Of a stretch of DNA of 64,000 bases, positions 28,544-38,302 are shown piece after piece. The notes below the pieces were generated by a model. It was given only the letters and a program-made list of their open reading frames with translations. It searched no databases and had not been told where the DNA came from. How positions within the stretch are numbered: position 1 is the stretch's first letter; every line of letters begins with the position of its first letter. The position numbers and the translations under genes are program-made. Source of the stretch: a virus; IMG/VR virus record IMGVR_UViG_3300032516_000013, positions 26,333 to 90,332 of that record. One strand, written 5' to 3'.

Positions 28544-29638
28544 TCACATCTTAATATCAAAAGCCTTTGCTCGACTCTCAATATCAAGACCCATTGTCTT
28601 ATAACCATATTCACTCTTTGCTATTTCTCTCATCATAACATCAAAAGGTATTTGATCCAACACATCTCCACACCATGCGCTTTGCTGAAGCGTCCTAAAA
28701 CAAACTGTTGTGCCAACTTTTTTCATTGCAGGAGTGGGTTGAGGATCTTCTCCCATATAGATGTGGTTAAGATTATATTTATTACCAACAAATCCTGGCA
28801 TATCATCACACCCACAGCAACCAAGACTATCTCCCATCCATCTTAAACGATTTTCCCCACAAAAGAAAGCTAATCCTAAATCTTTTGCTCTTGTTCTGAT
28901 CTTTGTAAAATGTTCTTCCAATAACCAAGTAGGATAACATAAATCGCCTCCCACTTGTTCCATTCCGGGAAGCTTGCCTTCATAGCATTTCATTCCTTCG
29001 ATTACAACACCATATACTCCAGCCTCTTTAGATTTAGGTAATGTAATATTCAATACATTGTCCAATTCCTCAATCATGTAAGGCTGGATTCGAACTATCA
29101 TTCTAGGCACTACTGCTGCTACCTTCTTGATTATCTCTAATCTTTGATAAAACGAAGGAGCACCAGGCTCAAGTTTATCATATTCTGGAGATACAAGTGA
29201 ATACTGAAAGCAGACATTGCACTTTGATAGCAAAGACAAATATTCCGGATTTGCTGGTAAAGCATGTTTTGTAGAAACAATCCAAGGATATTCTGTTTCA
29301 GCTAATATTTCCATGCATTGAAACATCCGACGCTTTTCCCTTTCAACGGGCTGAAAACAGTCTGACATACCCCCAAAATGCAGAGGAAATTTCCAATCAG
29401 AATCAATCCAGGAAACTTCATGCTTTCTTTCACCATCTATAAAGTTCCTTAATGCTTGAGGTCCTTCATCATTTTCAACTTCTACTTTAGTACCAATTAT
29501 TTCATCTTTTTTACGTCTCGTGAAGCAATAACGGCAGCCCGAAACGCAGCCTTTATAAGTATCAAATCTTACTGGATAATCACACAAAACTACTTGGGAA
29601 CCTGCTCTTGGCATTTTTATTCCTCCTTCTTTCCACAC
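28544..29638 (-). CDS. Radical SAM enzyme (spore photoproduct lyase-like clade)
   Basis: DTYKGCVSGCRYCF (CxxxCxxC), GGMSDCFQP.E, STK, LEPGAPS...R, VRIQP. Confidence 0.88.
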   Translation of the reverse strand: MWKEGGIKMPRAGSQVVLCDYPVRFDTYKGCVSGCRYCFTRRKKDEIIGTKVEVENDEGPQALRNFIDGERKHEVSWIDSDWKFPLHFGGMSDCFQPVEREKRRMFQCMEILAETEYPWIVSTKHALPANPEYLSLLSKCNVCFQYSLVSPEYDKLEPGAPSFYQRLEIIKKVAAVVPRMIVRIQPYMIEELDNVLNITLPKSKEAGVYGVVIEGMKCYEGKLPGMEQVGGDLCYPTWLLEEHFTKIRTRAKDLGLAFFCGENRLRWMGDSLGCCGCDDMPGFVGNKYNLNHIYMGEDPQPTPAMKKVGTTVCFRTLQQSAWCGDVLDQIPFDVMMREIAKSEYGYKTMGLDIESRAKAFDIKM

Positions 29639-29841
29639 ACCATTTCTATAATCATTTTCACAATCGGCTCCTTGCCATGTTCCTTCATATAAGCTTCCAC
29701 CTTCTCAAAATCATCGAGCCTAAAAATAAATGAGGTTGACATAAAGAGTTTAGCTCCCATTATTTCTGCAGCTCCAAAAATAGCATCTTTAACTCCTTTA
29801 TGCTTGAGTCCCGCCCAGGCCGGTGCTTTAAATCTATCCAT
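29617..29841 (-). CDS. Hypothetical protein
   Basis: Probable start MDRFK after GGAGGA; overlaps the rSAM start. Confidence 0.45.
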   Translation of the reverse strand: MDRFKAPAWAGLKHKGVKDAIFGAAEIMGAKLFMSTSFIFRLDDFEKVEAYMKEHGKEPIVKMIIEMVCGKKEE

Positions 29842-29842
29842 G

Positions 29843-30655
29843 CTATATTTCCTCCAAATGTTTCTTTGTTTGCCAATAATAATTTTCACAGTTGCCGCAG
29901 TCTTTGCAGTATCCGCTCTCAGGAGTACCACACATCGTAACCAACCGACCACCAATATTCTTCATTCTCTTCAACACGTATCTCATATACTCTGAAGTTG
30001 GGCACCAATAAGAATTTATATGACGAACTTTCCAAGTGTAAGCTATTCTTCCAAAATCTTTTCGATCAGAAAGTATACATATATTTTTATCCCAATCTTC
30101 TAAATTTTTTCTAACATTTTCCTGTTTCGGCGGCTTAATGGTTCCTGGCGGAAGTTGATCATAGTATGCCATGTATGTAAGGACGCAATTAACCCCCAAT
30201 GTAGTAATATTTCTTATAGCATGTTCTATATGCAGAAGATTTGTTGGAGAAACTCTAAGTCTAATAAACATCATATTTTCTGGAATTTTGGTTTCCCCAA
30301 ACATAAAAACAGGTTTTTCCTCTTTTGGATTCGCCGTAAATACAACAGGACCAGGAAAATCAAATTTTGGAATAGATGTATTGAAAAAGAAATGCTTATA
30401 CTGTTTTGCAGTTTCAATAACCAGATCTCTTTGAAGATTGCTGTCGTTTCCACAGTTTATGCGACATATTCCATCCCCAACTTCTTCTGATGTAGGAATG
30501 CTTGGTTGATCAATAGGAACATAAAATGCTCCAGGCCTGTTGTAGAAACATTGATTACATTGATTTCGACAAGGTCCTACTTGAGGAATACAATCGAACA
30601 AATTAGAACCTTCTTGTTTAGGATTTCGTTTGGTCATTTTTATTTTTCTCTGCAA
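29843..30655 (-). CDS. Divergent radical SAM-like Fe-S protein
   Basis: GPCRNQCNQCFY (CxxxCxxC) plus a C-terminal C..C..C cluster. Confidence 0.6.
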   Translation of the reverse strand: MQRKIKMTKRNPKQEGSNLFDCIPQVGPCRNQCNQCFYNRPGAFYVPIDQPSIPTSEEVGDGICRINCGNDSNLQRDLVIETAKQYKHFFFNTSIPKFDFPGPVVFTANPKEEKPVFMFGETKIPENMMFIRLRVSPTNLLHIEHAIRNITTLGVNCVLTYMAYYDQLPPGTIKPPKQENVRKNLEDWDKNICILSDRKDFGRIAYTWKVRHINSYWCPTSEYMRYVLKRMKNIGGRLVTMCGTPESGYCKDCGNCENYYWQTKKHLEEI

Positions 30656-30900
30656 GATATTTCAGAAATTTGTGTTGAATGTTCTCATTAAGCACATGTA
30701 TCGCCAGTTGTGTGTCAAAGATGTTCATATTTTTTAATAGTTTTATAAACCCTGGACGTAACCTCGTCATACCAATCTATTTTATTAGAACGAGTTATAA
30801 ACTCATAAACATCTTTTAGTAGTTTTAATACGTTTTTAGGTAGTGGTGTTGGTTTCATTTTTTCTTTAGACATATATATTCCTCAATCTATCTCCTAAAA

Positions 30901-31338
30901 TTAAAGGTTTTTACCTTTCTCAGTAAATGGTTTTACACAGTATGGGTATTTTTGAATTATTTCTTCAGCCTGCTTATTTAACTGAGAAATATCCAAACCT
31001 TCAGGATATTTGAGTGGTCTATCGTCTTCACAATTTCCCATAAGCATTGAGTCTCTTAATACAAAAAGACAGGCTATTGCTTTAATAATATGAAAGACAC
31101 CACTATCTGGATCAATATCTTCTCCTTCCCACCAAGCCATAAGATGTCGAATTACAGCATCATAATATACTGAAGATCTTACACCAACACTCCTATAATT
31201 GTGGGAACCATACTTACGACCACCTTCCATCATAGCCAAACCTAGTTCCATTAAAGGACCACATGGTACACAGTGAAAAGGAACTTTTTTAATTCCTAAT
31301 GCATCCTTTGGATTAGTTGGTTTAGTTTTTTCGATCAC
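30901..31338 (-). CDS. dATP/dGTP diphosphohydrolase-like protein (DUF5664-type)
   Basis: NPKD..G.KK.P, G..KYG..N.R, Y.DA..RHL.AWWEGED.DPDSG..H..A.A, DDRP. Confidence 0.8.
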   Translation of the reverse strand: MIEKTKPTNPKDALGIKKVPFHCVPCGPLMELGLAMMEGGRKYGSHNYRSVGVRSSVYYDAVIRHLMAWWEGEDIDPDSGVFHIIKAIACLFVLRDSMLMGNCEDDRPLKYPEGLDISQLNKQAEEIIQKYPYCVKPFTEKGKNL

Positions 31339-31355
31339 TATTAAACACCTCTAAT

Positions 31356-31562
31356 TTATTTCCTTAATTTTGCTAAAAACCAATTTAACATTTGCTTAAA
31401 CCAACTCAATTTCTTTTCTACAATCTCTTTTTCACATAAATTCTGAAATCTCTTTTTCAAAAGAAAAGTTTCAGCTACAAGATTTGCCTCATTCCGAACA
31501 GATCTAATTTGTTTTTTATTTAACAAAGGAAGTTCTTTGTATTTATACCAAGGAAACTTCAT
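31356..31562 (-). CDS. Hypothetical protein
   Basis: 68-aa ORF coupled to the sigma gene. Confidence 0.45.
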   Translation of the reverse strand: MKFPWYKYKELPLLNKKQIRSVRNEANLVAETFLLKKRFQNLCEKEIVEKKLSWFKQMLNWFLAKLRK

Positions 31563-32164
31563 TTTTGATCCTCTAAAATTCCTCTTACCCTAAATTGATG
31601 TCGAATTCTTAATAAAGCATCCTGTATATATTTTCTAACAGTTCCTTCAGGCATATCAAATAATTTTGATATTTTTTCACAAGAAAATTCTCTCTTGTAT
31701 CGAAGTAAAACTAAATTCAATTCTTTTTGTGTTAAAATTTCTTCTTTAACCAATTGTTCCAATGATTCTTGTATAAATTCATTCTCCAATTCTAAAAAAG
31801 CAGAATTATCTACTTCAACAGATTTCTGACTTAAAATAAACTCTTCTGGCATTGGCTTATACGGAAATTCCACCCTAATAGCACACTTCATATAAGCTAT
31901 CATACGAGCTATCATGAGATCTGAAGATTCTTCTAACTTAACTTTTAATAAACCATTATTCAATCCTATTAAAGCAGTCTGGTAAATATCCTCAGCATCT
32001 TCGTCCATTAAATGAGGACAAACTTTACGACAACCATGTACAACAGAAAGAACTAAATTATCCACTCTGGATAAAATTCTTTCAAACAATTGAGGATCTA
32101 ATTTTTCTTGGTACTCTAAAACTAATTCTTTCAACACACCTTTAAAAATCTTGTCCGATTCCAT
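31559..32164 (-). CDS. Sigma70-family RNA polymerase sigma factor
   Basis: EDIYQTALIGL (region 2); LT.KE..LVLLRY....S.EKIS......EGTV (region 4 HTH). Confidence 0.75.
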   Translation of the reverse strand: MESDKIFKGVLKELVLEYQEKLDPQLFERILSRVDNLVLSVVHGCRKVCPHLMDEDAEDIYQTALIGLNNGLLKVKLEESSDLMIARMIAYMKCAIRVEFPYKPMPEEFILSQKSVEVDNSAFLELENEFIQESLEQLVKEEILTQKELNLVLLRYKREFSCEKISKLFDMPEGTVRKYIQDALLRIRHQFRVRGILEDQK

Positions 32165-34130
32165 GTTGTCCTTTCTGTAAACATTTAGCTTTCCTCAATA
32201 ACATATTATACGAAGAAAGCTGCTCCTTTGAAACTCCAGTTTCAATTTTTTCTTCCCTTTTAACTTCCACACCAGCTAAACGTAAATATTCAGAGTTAAC
32301 AACATCTTTTGGTTTTGACATAGTTCTATTTAACAAATTCTTCATGATTTCTTGATCCGGAGGCATTATACATTTTTCAATAGCTCTTGTTACTGAGGCC
32401 GCCACAGAATCAGAAATATCCTTACTTCCTTTTAATACTATTTCTCTAGTGTTTCCATCTTCCAAAAATTCCAACTCTGCCACCTCTTCTGGATGATCAA
32501 TCATATTTTTATCTGAATCTTCTTCCAAGTTCTTCAACTCAAAATGAAGATAAGGATGCCAAGGACTACTCCATCTTTCTTCCAAAATTAAATTTCTAAA
32601 TCCCCTATAAATATTTGGATCCTTATCCACAGAAAAATAATCACAAGCTATTCCTGCTCTTTCCAATATTTGTTTATCACTCTCTGTAGCCAATCTTAAA
32701 TCAAAGGTACATTCTGCAATATTAAATCCATGAACACTCTTTAAATCTAATATCATCTTTCGAACCAATGCTAAAGGTATTCTGTCGCCAGGATAAGCTT
32801 TGATTCGAAGAGCAAAATCTGTTGCTGCCACAGGAACTTTTTCCACATGAAAAGTACCATCTGCATTCTCTACATTTTTTCTTGCCCAGCCAGAAATGCA
32901 AGACATTGCGAGTCCAAAGGCATCCCCATCCCCGGAATAAGCAAAGTCTCCGTGTATAAATCTAGGAACATTTCGTGGAATCTTAATTAAATTTAAATCC
33001 AAAAAATTCAACAAGTTTATGTCATCTTTTAATCCAACATTTAATGTCATAACTTTGACAGGATTTGGCTCTTCTGTAAAGCATTTCAAAATCAAACTCT
33101 CAGAAGGAAATAACTTTGTGGCTCGAATATGAGATACAGATATACCTCCGATATCTCGGAGACTTCCGTTCACATCCCGCAAAAACAGATCATAAAAATC
33201 CATCGGAACTCTGATAATTTGATATCCTGCTCGAGTAACTTGTTCTAATTCTTCTGGTGTTTCTACTATTTTTGGTGGGTTGTAAACATCTCCACAAGAC
33301 ACAGTAAACTCTTCCTTAGAAAAATCTGCTCTAGGTCTTGCCAACCAAAGAGGAACGTCTACAATAACAATGCTTTTAGAATTTTTGTACTTTGCTATAA
33401 AAGTATTCAAAAAAGATAATCTTTCCTGCTTTGAAGCAACCATAAAGAATCGGCCTATCGTTTCCTCATGTGTAACGAAACGAGATTCCAATCTTCTTCG
33501 AGCATTCTCATAAGCGGATACAACTTTTTCTCTTTGGATTTCTGAAGCTATTGGAGAATCTACTTCATCCAATAATGCAAGTATAATATGCTCCCCCTGC
33601 GAACCCCAGCCGGGAACAAAGGGAGAAGCAAAGGTATATTTAAAAAGAGGAAACTCCAATTTAGGATTTAATTCCGATCCACCTAAAAATCCTCTCTCCC
33701 TAAACCAAGGAGAATTTACCAAACAATTTTGAAACAACTTATATGCTGTACTTTCACTTTGACTCTTTGTCAAATTGAAAAACACAATAGACATCTGACT
33801 GCCTGGAGCTTTTCCAAAATATGCCCAAGGGTCTTTAAGACAAAGGACACGACACATTGTGTAAAGCATGCCATAAATCGCACAGAACGTCTTACCTATC
33901 CCAATCGCACCCGTTAGTACATAAACATATTTAGAATCCTCCTTAGCAACCAATTCAAGAGTATCTTTCCAAACCGGATAAACAGATTTTCCATTATTTG
34001 TCAATTTCCCCAGATATTGAGGACTAGAAAGAAATTCCTCCATACTAGGAGGCTGTTCCTTATAGTTAAGGCCAGTAACATAACTAAGATAGTTATGAAT
34101 CAAATCCTTTTTACTCATTCTTTGATTCAT
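32142..34130 (-). CDS. terL: Terminase large subunit
   Basis: Walker A GAIGIGKT, Walker B LALLDE, RNase H-like HGDF...GDA, IDHP and KDISDSVA. Confidence 0.85.
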   Translation of the reverse strand: MNQRMSKKDLIHNYLSYVTGLNYKEQPPSMEEFLSSPQYLGKLTNNGKSVYPVWKDTLELVAKEDSKYVYVLTGAIGIGKTFCAIYGMLYTMCRVLCLKDPWAYFGKAPGSQMSIVFFNLTKSQSESTAYKLFQNCLVNSPWFRERGFLGGSELNPKLEFPLFKYTFASPFVPGWGSQGEHIILALLDEVDSPIASEIQREKVVSAYENARRRLESRFVTHEETIGRFFMVASKQERLSFLNTFIAKYKNSKSIVIVDVPLWLARPRADFSKEEFTVSCGDVYNPPKIVETPEELEQVTRAGYQIIRVPMDFYDLFLRDVNGSLRDIGGISVSHIRATKLFPSESLILKCFTEEPNPVKVMTLNVGLKDDINLLNFLDLNLIKIPRNVPRFIHGDFAYSGDGDAFGLAMSCISGWARKNVENADGTFHVEKVPVAATDFALRIKAYPGDRIPLALVRKMILDLKSVHGFNIAECTFDLRLATESDKQILERAGIACDYFSVDKDPNIYRGFRNLILEERWSSPWHPYLHFELKNLEEDSDKNMIDHPEEVAELEFLEDGNTREIVLKGSKDISDSVAASVTRAIEKCIMPPDQEIMKNLLNRTMSKPKDVVNSEYLRLAGVEVKREEKIETGVSKEQLSSYNMLLRKAKCLQKGQHGIGQDF

Positions 34131-34839
34131 TTCCCTTATTCCCTTCCACAAATTCAGCATTTGTTGCTTCTTGAGCTAAATTTGTTAGTTGATGAATCAA
34201 TTTTTCTCTTTCCATAGGAGTCATTTCTTCCGCCTTTTTTGCTATTGATGATTCAACAGGAATCCCAGAAAGAGGAGGGTTGTTTTGTTGCTGATTAACA
34301 AATATGTAATTTTTGTCCCCCTTAGAAGTTGGCTCTCCTGATTCTGCTATAAACCCCATTTCTTTTGCAAATTTCATGAGATGCTCACTCTCTAATCTCA
34401 TATCTTTAATCAGGCGAAGCTTCAGATTTTCCAGGTCCAGATTCTTTGCTTTTGCAACATTACAAGTATTATTGCATTTTAAGCATCTGTAATAGATATT
34501 TCCCTCAATAGTTTCATGTTTATCTACAGGAAATTCACAACAAGCAGAGACTAAAGGTTCCTCCTTTCCATCCCAATGTGTGTATATTGCTTCCAGTTTA
34601 GCCTGCCGACTCATAGATTGTCGGAGAACCTCTTGAGCTAAATTACAAGCAACCCAATATTTGACATCTCTGTCCTGCTTAGTTTTAAACTTAACTAAAA
34701 TCTTATTGACAACAGAAACTGGAACATCAGTTCCCGCATAATTAGACGCTTCTTCTGCAACTCTATCCAAATTCTGTGGATATCTCAAAAGAAGAAATCT
34801 AATGTGCTCTTCTAACTTTAGTTTTACTATATTTCCCAT
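34111..34839 (-). CDS. Putative terminase small subunit
   Basis: Directly upstream of and overlapping terL; helical with a Cys cluster. Confidence 0.4.
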   Translation of the reverse strand: MGNIVKLKLEEHIRFLLLRYPQNLDRVAEEASNYAGTDVPVSVVNKILVKFKTKQDRDVKYWVACNLAQEVLRQSMSRQAKLEAIYTHWDGKEEPLVSACCEFPVDKHETIEGNIYYRCLKCNNTCNVAKAKNLDLENLKLRLIKDMRLESEHLMKFAKEMGFIAESGEPTSKGDKNYIFVNQQQNNPPLSGIPVESSIAKKAEEMTPMEREKLIHQLTNLAQEATNAEFVEGNKGNESKNE

Positions 34840-34840
34840 A

Positions 34841-35203
34841 TCAATTCTCTAAAACACAAAGAACATCAGATTCCCCACAAAGAACCACAACGTATTGCTT
34901 TCCATCCAACCCCTGAACCACTTGTTTCCAAGGCACTGTAATATCATAGTAAACCTTAACACCAGGTTTTAAAAGAGAAGAAACAGCTTTCCATTTACCT
35001 CTCTCATCATAAAATCCAGGACCTGCCGCTAAAAGAATTCCAATTCCCTCCTGATAAAAATCTTGGAATAATTTTGGAATTTCTATTAATCCTTTTTCCT
35101 GAAACTTTTCCGGTGGAGAAGATGGATAAATAAAAACTCGGTCTGCTGTAGGATTCCAATGGAAATTAATGTTTCCCTGTTCATCATGAAATGGTGTAAT
35201 CAT
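34841..35203 (-). CDS. GroES-like co-chaperonin (second, divergent)
   Basis: PTADRVFI...KGLIEIP...GILLAAGPG.....LKPG.KV.Y.......ESDVLCVL. Confidence 0.7.
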   Translation of the reverse strand: MITPFHDEQGNINFHWNPTADRVFIYPSSPPEKFQEKGLIEIPKLFQDFYQEGIGILLAAGPGFYDERGKWKAVSSLLKPGVKVYYDITVPWKQVVQGLDGKQYVVVLCGESDVLCVLEN

Positions 35204-35418
35204 TTATCCTCCAATTCTTGTTCAATAATTTCAAGAGTTGATAAATTGCCTGAAATACCATAATGTAAATCTAATAATTGTCCATTTTGTAATACCCACT
35301 CCAATGCTGCTTTCCACGCATGTTTTCTTTGACGTAAACAATCTCGTCCAATTGGGCCTCTTTCAATTGTTGGTGACAAAGGGTATTCTTTTGCATCCCA
35401 TTCTTCAAATGCTTTCAT
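35200..35418 (-). CDS. Hypothetical protein
   Basis: 72-aa coupled ORF. Confidence 0.5.
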   Translation of the reverse strand: MKAFEEWDAKEYPLSPTIERGPIGRDCLRQRKHAWKAALEWVLQNGQLLDLHYGISGNLSTLEIIEQELEDK

Positions 35419-35422
35419 AAAT

Positions 35423-36025
35423 CTAATTCTCCTTTGGTTGTTTTACTAAAGGCATTGGAGGATCTTGTTGCTTCCATAATCTTGATCTTTCCTTTTCTTT
35501 TTTTCTTTTGCGGCCGGCCTGCTTTTCTTCTTTCTTTTTCAAAACAGACTTTATACTTCCTACAAGGTTTTCAGTAACTCTATTCTGGTTCTTCCAAAAT
35601 GTCTCATTGATTTGATCCTTAAGTTCTGGAAGTTTCATCTTTAACTCCTGAACAGCTTGAACACTTTGGAATTGGAACTGTCTATTCCTAATCAACATTG
35701 CTACCACAACACAAATAGCTGCTATACATCCTCCTAGGGCAAGCCACCTACCAAATTCTGCAACCATCAGGGAAAGAACAATACCTCCAACATTCCCCAA
35801 TGCTACAACCCAACCAAACTTAAAACCTCCAAATCCAGCAATTATCCCAACAACTGCTCCTACCATAAATAATGAAAATAACCAGTCAACTTTCACTGTT
35901 GTACTAGAACCTGCTCCTGCAGAATTATTATATCCTGTATTTGGTCCAGGCTGTGAAGGATTTGCCATCTTACAACCACAAAACATCAATATCAATAAAC
36001 ATAATCCAATTAATGCATTCCTCAT
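35423..36025 (-). CDS. Membrane lipoprotein-like protein (lipobox-like Cys plus 3 TM helices)
   Basis: MRNALIGLCLLILMFCGC, three hydrophobic segments, basic tail. Confidence 0.55.
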   Translation of the reverse strand: MRNALIGLCLLILMFCGCKMANPSQPGPNTGYNNSAGAGSSTTVKVDWLFSLFMVGAVVGIIAGFGGFKFGWVVALGNVGGIVLSLMVAEFGRWLALGGCIAAICVVVAMLIRNRQFQFQSVQAVQELKMKLPELKDQINETFWKNQNRVTENLVGSIKSVLKKKEEKQAGRKRKKEKERSRLWKQQDPPMPLVKQPKEN

Positions 36026-36125
36026 TTTCTCTCACTCCCAATTCTTTTTCTCATCTTAAACTCAAATCTAGCAGATTTTAATGTTAAACAAGTCTCACAT
36101 TTACCACAAGCTTGAATTTTCGATT

Positions 36126-36776
36126 TTATTTTAACATTTCTACGTGGCTTATTCCTTTAGACAGCGTTACCAAAAATGAACGGTCTGCTATATCAATCAA
36201 ATCATACTCGTGAGAAACCATTATTATTTGAAGACCCAACATATCAGAAAAACTCTTCAGCATTTTTCCTACCAACATCATTTTATCTCGAGAAACAAAT
36301 TTTAATGGTTCATCCAAAATAAATATTGGCTCTGTCTTTTCTACTTGTATTGCCCAAAAAATGATCCTTAATGCAAAAGATATAATATCCAAAACTCCAC
36401 CACCCAATTCATCTTCCAAAGAACGTCGAACTCCATCCTTCACAACAAACATATGAGTCTCTGGCTGATTTCTAAATATCTGATTATCTAACTCAAATGA
36501 ATAATTTTCCCCAAACACGTATTGCAAAGCTTCGGTAACAAGCTTCTCTACAACCTCTTGAAATTGACTTTGAGCTAAAACTCCAGCAGCATTAAGAATC
36601 TCTTGAGCCTCAATTAAAGACTTGCCCAATTCTTTCAATGTGCTCAACTTATTTTCCAAATCTTCTTTTTGTGAAGAAATAATTGTATAAAGAGCTTTAT
36701 TCTCTTCTAAAAATTTTCGAAATTTGATTATATGATTATTCACTTTACAAAATCCCACCAGCCAAATCACATTCAT
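36126..36776 (-). CDS. sbcC: SbcC/Rad50 (gp46-like) C-terminal half
   Basis: Coiled coil, then signature-like LGGG, Walker B IFILDEP and H-loop VSHE. Confidence 0.8.
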   Translation of the reverse strand: MNVIWLVGFCKVNNHIIKFRKFLEENKALYTIISSQKEDLENKLSTLKELGKSLIEAQEILNAAGVLAQSQFQEVVEKLVTEALQYVFGENYSFELDNQIFRNQPETHMFVVKDGVRRSLEDELGGGVLDIISFALRIIFWAIQVEKTEPIFILDEPLKFVSRDKMMLVGKMLKSFSDMLGLQIIMVSHEYDLIDIADRSFLVTLSKGISHVEMLK

Positions 36777-36802
36777 ATTTCTTAATCAAGTTCTTCATTT
36801 TC

Positions 36803-37111
36803 TTACTCCTCTGGAACAAGCCAATCAATTCTAGTACCTAATTGTATATTTCCATGCGTGGGAAATACAAGAGGCTGTTGGGGTGAAAGATTTGTATGAG
36901 CTTCTCCATCTCCATTAAATGTAGCCCACATTTTCATTCCTGAAATATCATCTTTGATAAGTATAGCGTAACCAATAAGTTTCATTTTTGGTTTTGGATT
37001 TTCTACTAAAAACCAATCCCCATAATTATTCGTAAGAATTGAAGGGTTTGGAGAAGACACATTAAACTTTTTCTCTTTCCCATTTTGTTCATTTCTATAA
37101 AGAACCCACAT
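36803..37111 (-). CDS. Hypothetical protein
   Basis: 102-aa ORF. Confidence 0.5.
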   Translation of the reverse strand: MWVLYRNEQNGKEKKFNVSSPNPSILTNNYGDWFLVENPKPKMKLIGYAILIKDDISGMKMWATFNGDGEAHTNLSPQQPLVFPTHGNIQLGTRIDWLVPEE

Positions 37112-37112
37112 T

Positions 37113-37394
37113 TTATTCTCCTACCTTAGCGTTTGTTATAATAGAATCCATTTCTTTTTCTAATTGTACTAATTGAGCTTCATCCTCAGAATTCTGAGCA
37201 GCAATCTTAGCCATTTCCTCTTGAGCAGACAGTATTGAATCTACTCCAAACTCCTCTTGCAAAGTCTTCTTTAACTGATCCTCTCGACCCTGCCTTCTCT
37301 CTTCTTGACGAAGCATATTCTGTATCTCTTCTTGCTTTTTCTGAAGTCTTTGAATAATATCATCAGCCATTTGATTTATTTTCCTCCTCAGCAA
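37113..37394 (-). CDS. Short coiled-coil protein in the SbcCD cluster
   Basis: Heptad-rich. Confidence 0.55.
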   Translation of the reverse strand: MLRRKINQMADDIIQRLQKKQEEIQNMLRQEERRQGREDQLKKTLQEEFGVDSILSAQEEMAKIAAQNSEDEAQLVQLEKEMDSIITNAKVGE

Positions 37395-38298
37395 TTTCTA
37401 TTTGTTTTTGAGCTTCTTTCGATGCTCCTCTTTCCTCAATCACTTGTAACAAAATCTTCTTCCAAGCTACCACTGATTTTCCCTTTGAACTTCTAATATC
37501 TTCAATAAGTTGATTTAATGCTTGAGCATTGTTTTTTGTTTCTTTACGAGACAAATCAAATATTTCTTCTGCTGGGCTAACATCCAATTCCTTTGCTTCA
37601 ACTTCTAAAGTTTCCAAATCTATCACAAACACAGAAGGCTTCAGCCCTAACTCTATATCAGTTATACTCTGTCGCATCAAAGCCCCAGGATTAATTATTA
37701 ACTGATCTTTTAATCGGTCAATAAAGTGATAATGATAGTCTCCTACTATTACAACACGGTACTGAGGATAGCTTCGAAGGAATGATCTAGGATCCTCTAA
37801 TGGTTGGCCAGGCCACAAAGGTCGATTGCCAATCATTCTATGGGTAGCAAGTATATTATAAAATTCCGGATGAGGTGGATTAGGAATTTCCTCTCCAAAG
37901 GAAGCTCCATAAGCCCAAACAAGAATGCCGTCAATCATACCAAGTTGATGACCAAACTCCAAAATATTTATTGATTTAGAAGCTTCCAAAACAGCCAAAG
38001 GACTATTTGGAAAAGTAGAGGATGAATGGCCAGAAATATCATGCTGACCATAGCAAGCATAGACAGGCATTTTCTGCATATAAGGCATCAACAATCTTAT
38101 AACAGCAACTTCCACCCTTCTTGCTACAGTAGGAGAATCAAAGAAATCTCCAGGCTGAAATACACAAGAACAATTTCTAGATTCAAAGAAATCCATTGCC
38201 TGTTGAATCTTTCCTAAAGCAGTTTGCAGAAAATCATCCTTCCTTCTTTCAGGATTTCTGTTAGTTAAATGAAGATCTCCAATAACCCCGAATTTCAT
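37363..38298 (-). CDS. sbcD: SbcD/Mre11 (gp47-like) nuclease
   Basis: GDLH, GDFFD, GQHD, TH, GDYH, NPG. Confidence 0.88.
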   Translation of the reverse strand: MKFGVIGDLHLTNRNPERRKDDFLQTALGKIQQAMDFFESRNCSCVFQPGDFFDSPTVARRVEVAVIRLLMPYMQKMPVYACYGQHDISGHSSSTFPNSPLAVLEASKSINILEFGHQLGMIDGILVWAYGASFGEEIPNPPHPEFYNILATHRMIGNRPLWPGQPLEDPRSFLRSYPQYRVVIVGDYHYHFIDRLKDQLIINPGALMRQSITDIELGLKPSVFVIDLETLEVEAKELDVSPAEEIFDLSRKETKNNAQALNQLIEDIRSSKGKSVVAWKKILLQVIEERGASKEAQKQIEIAEEENKSNG

Positions 38299-38302
38299 AT
38301 GC

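Noticed and set aside
30901-31338. Z-genome (2-aminoadenine) pathway
   Set aside because: A DUF5664-like gene alone is insufficient; no PurZ-like gene in this window
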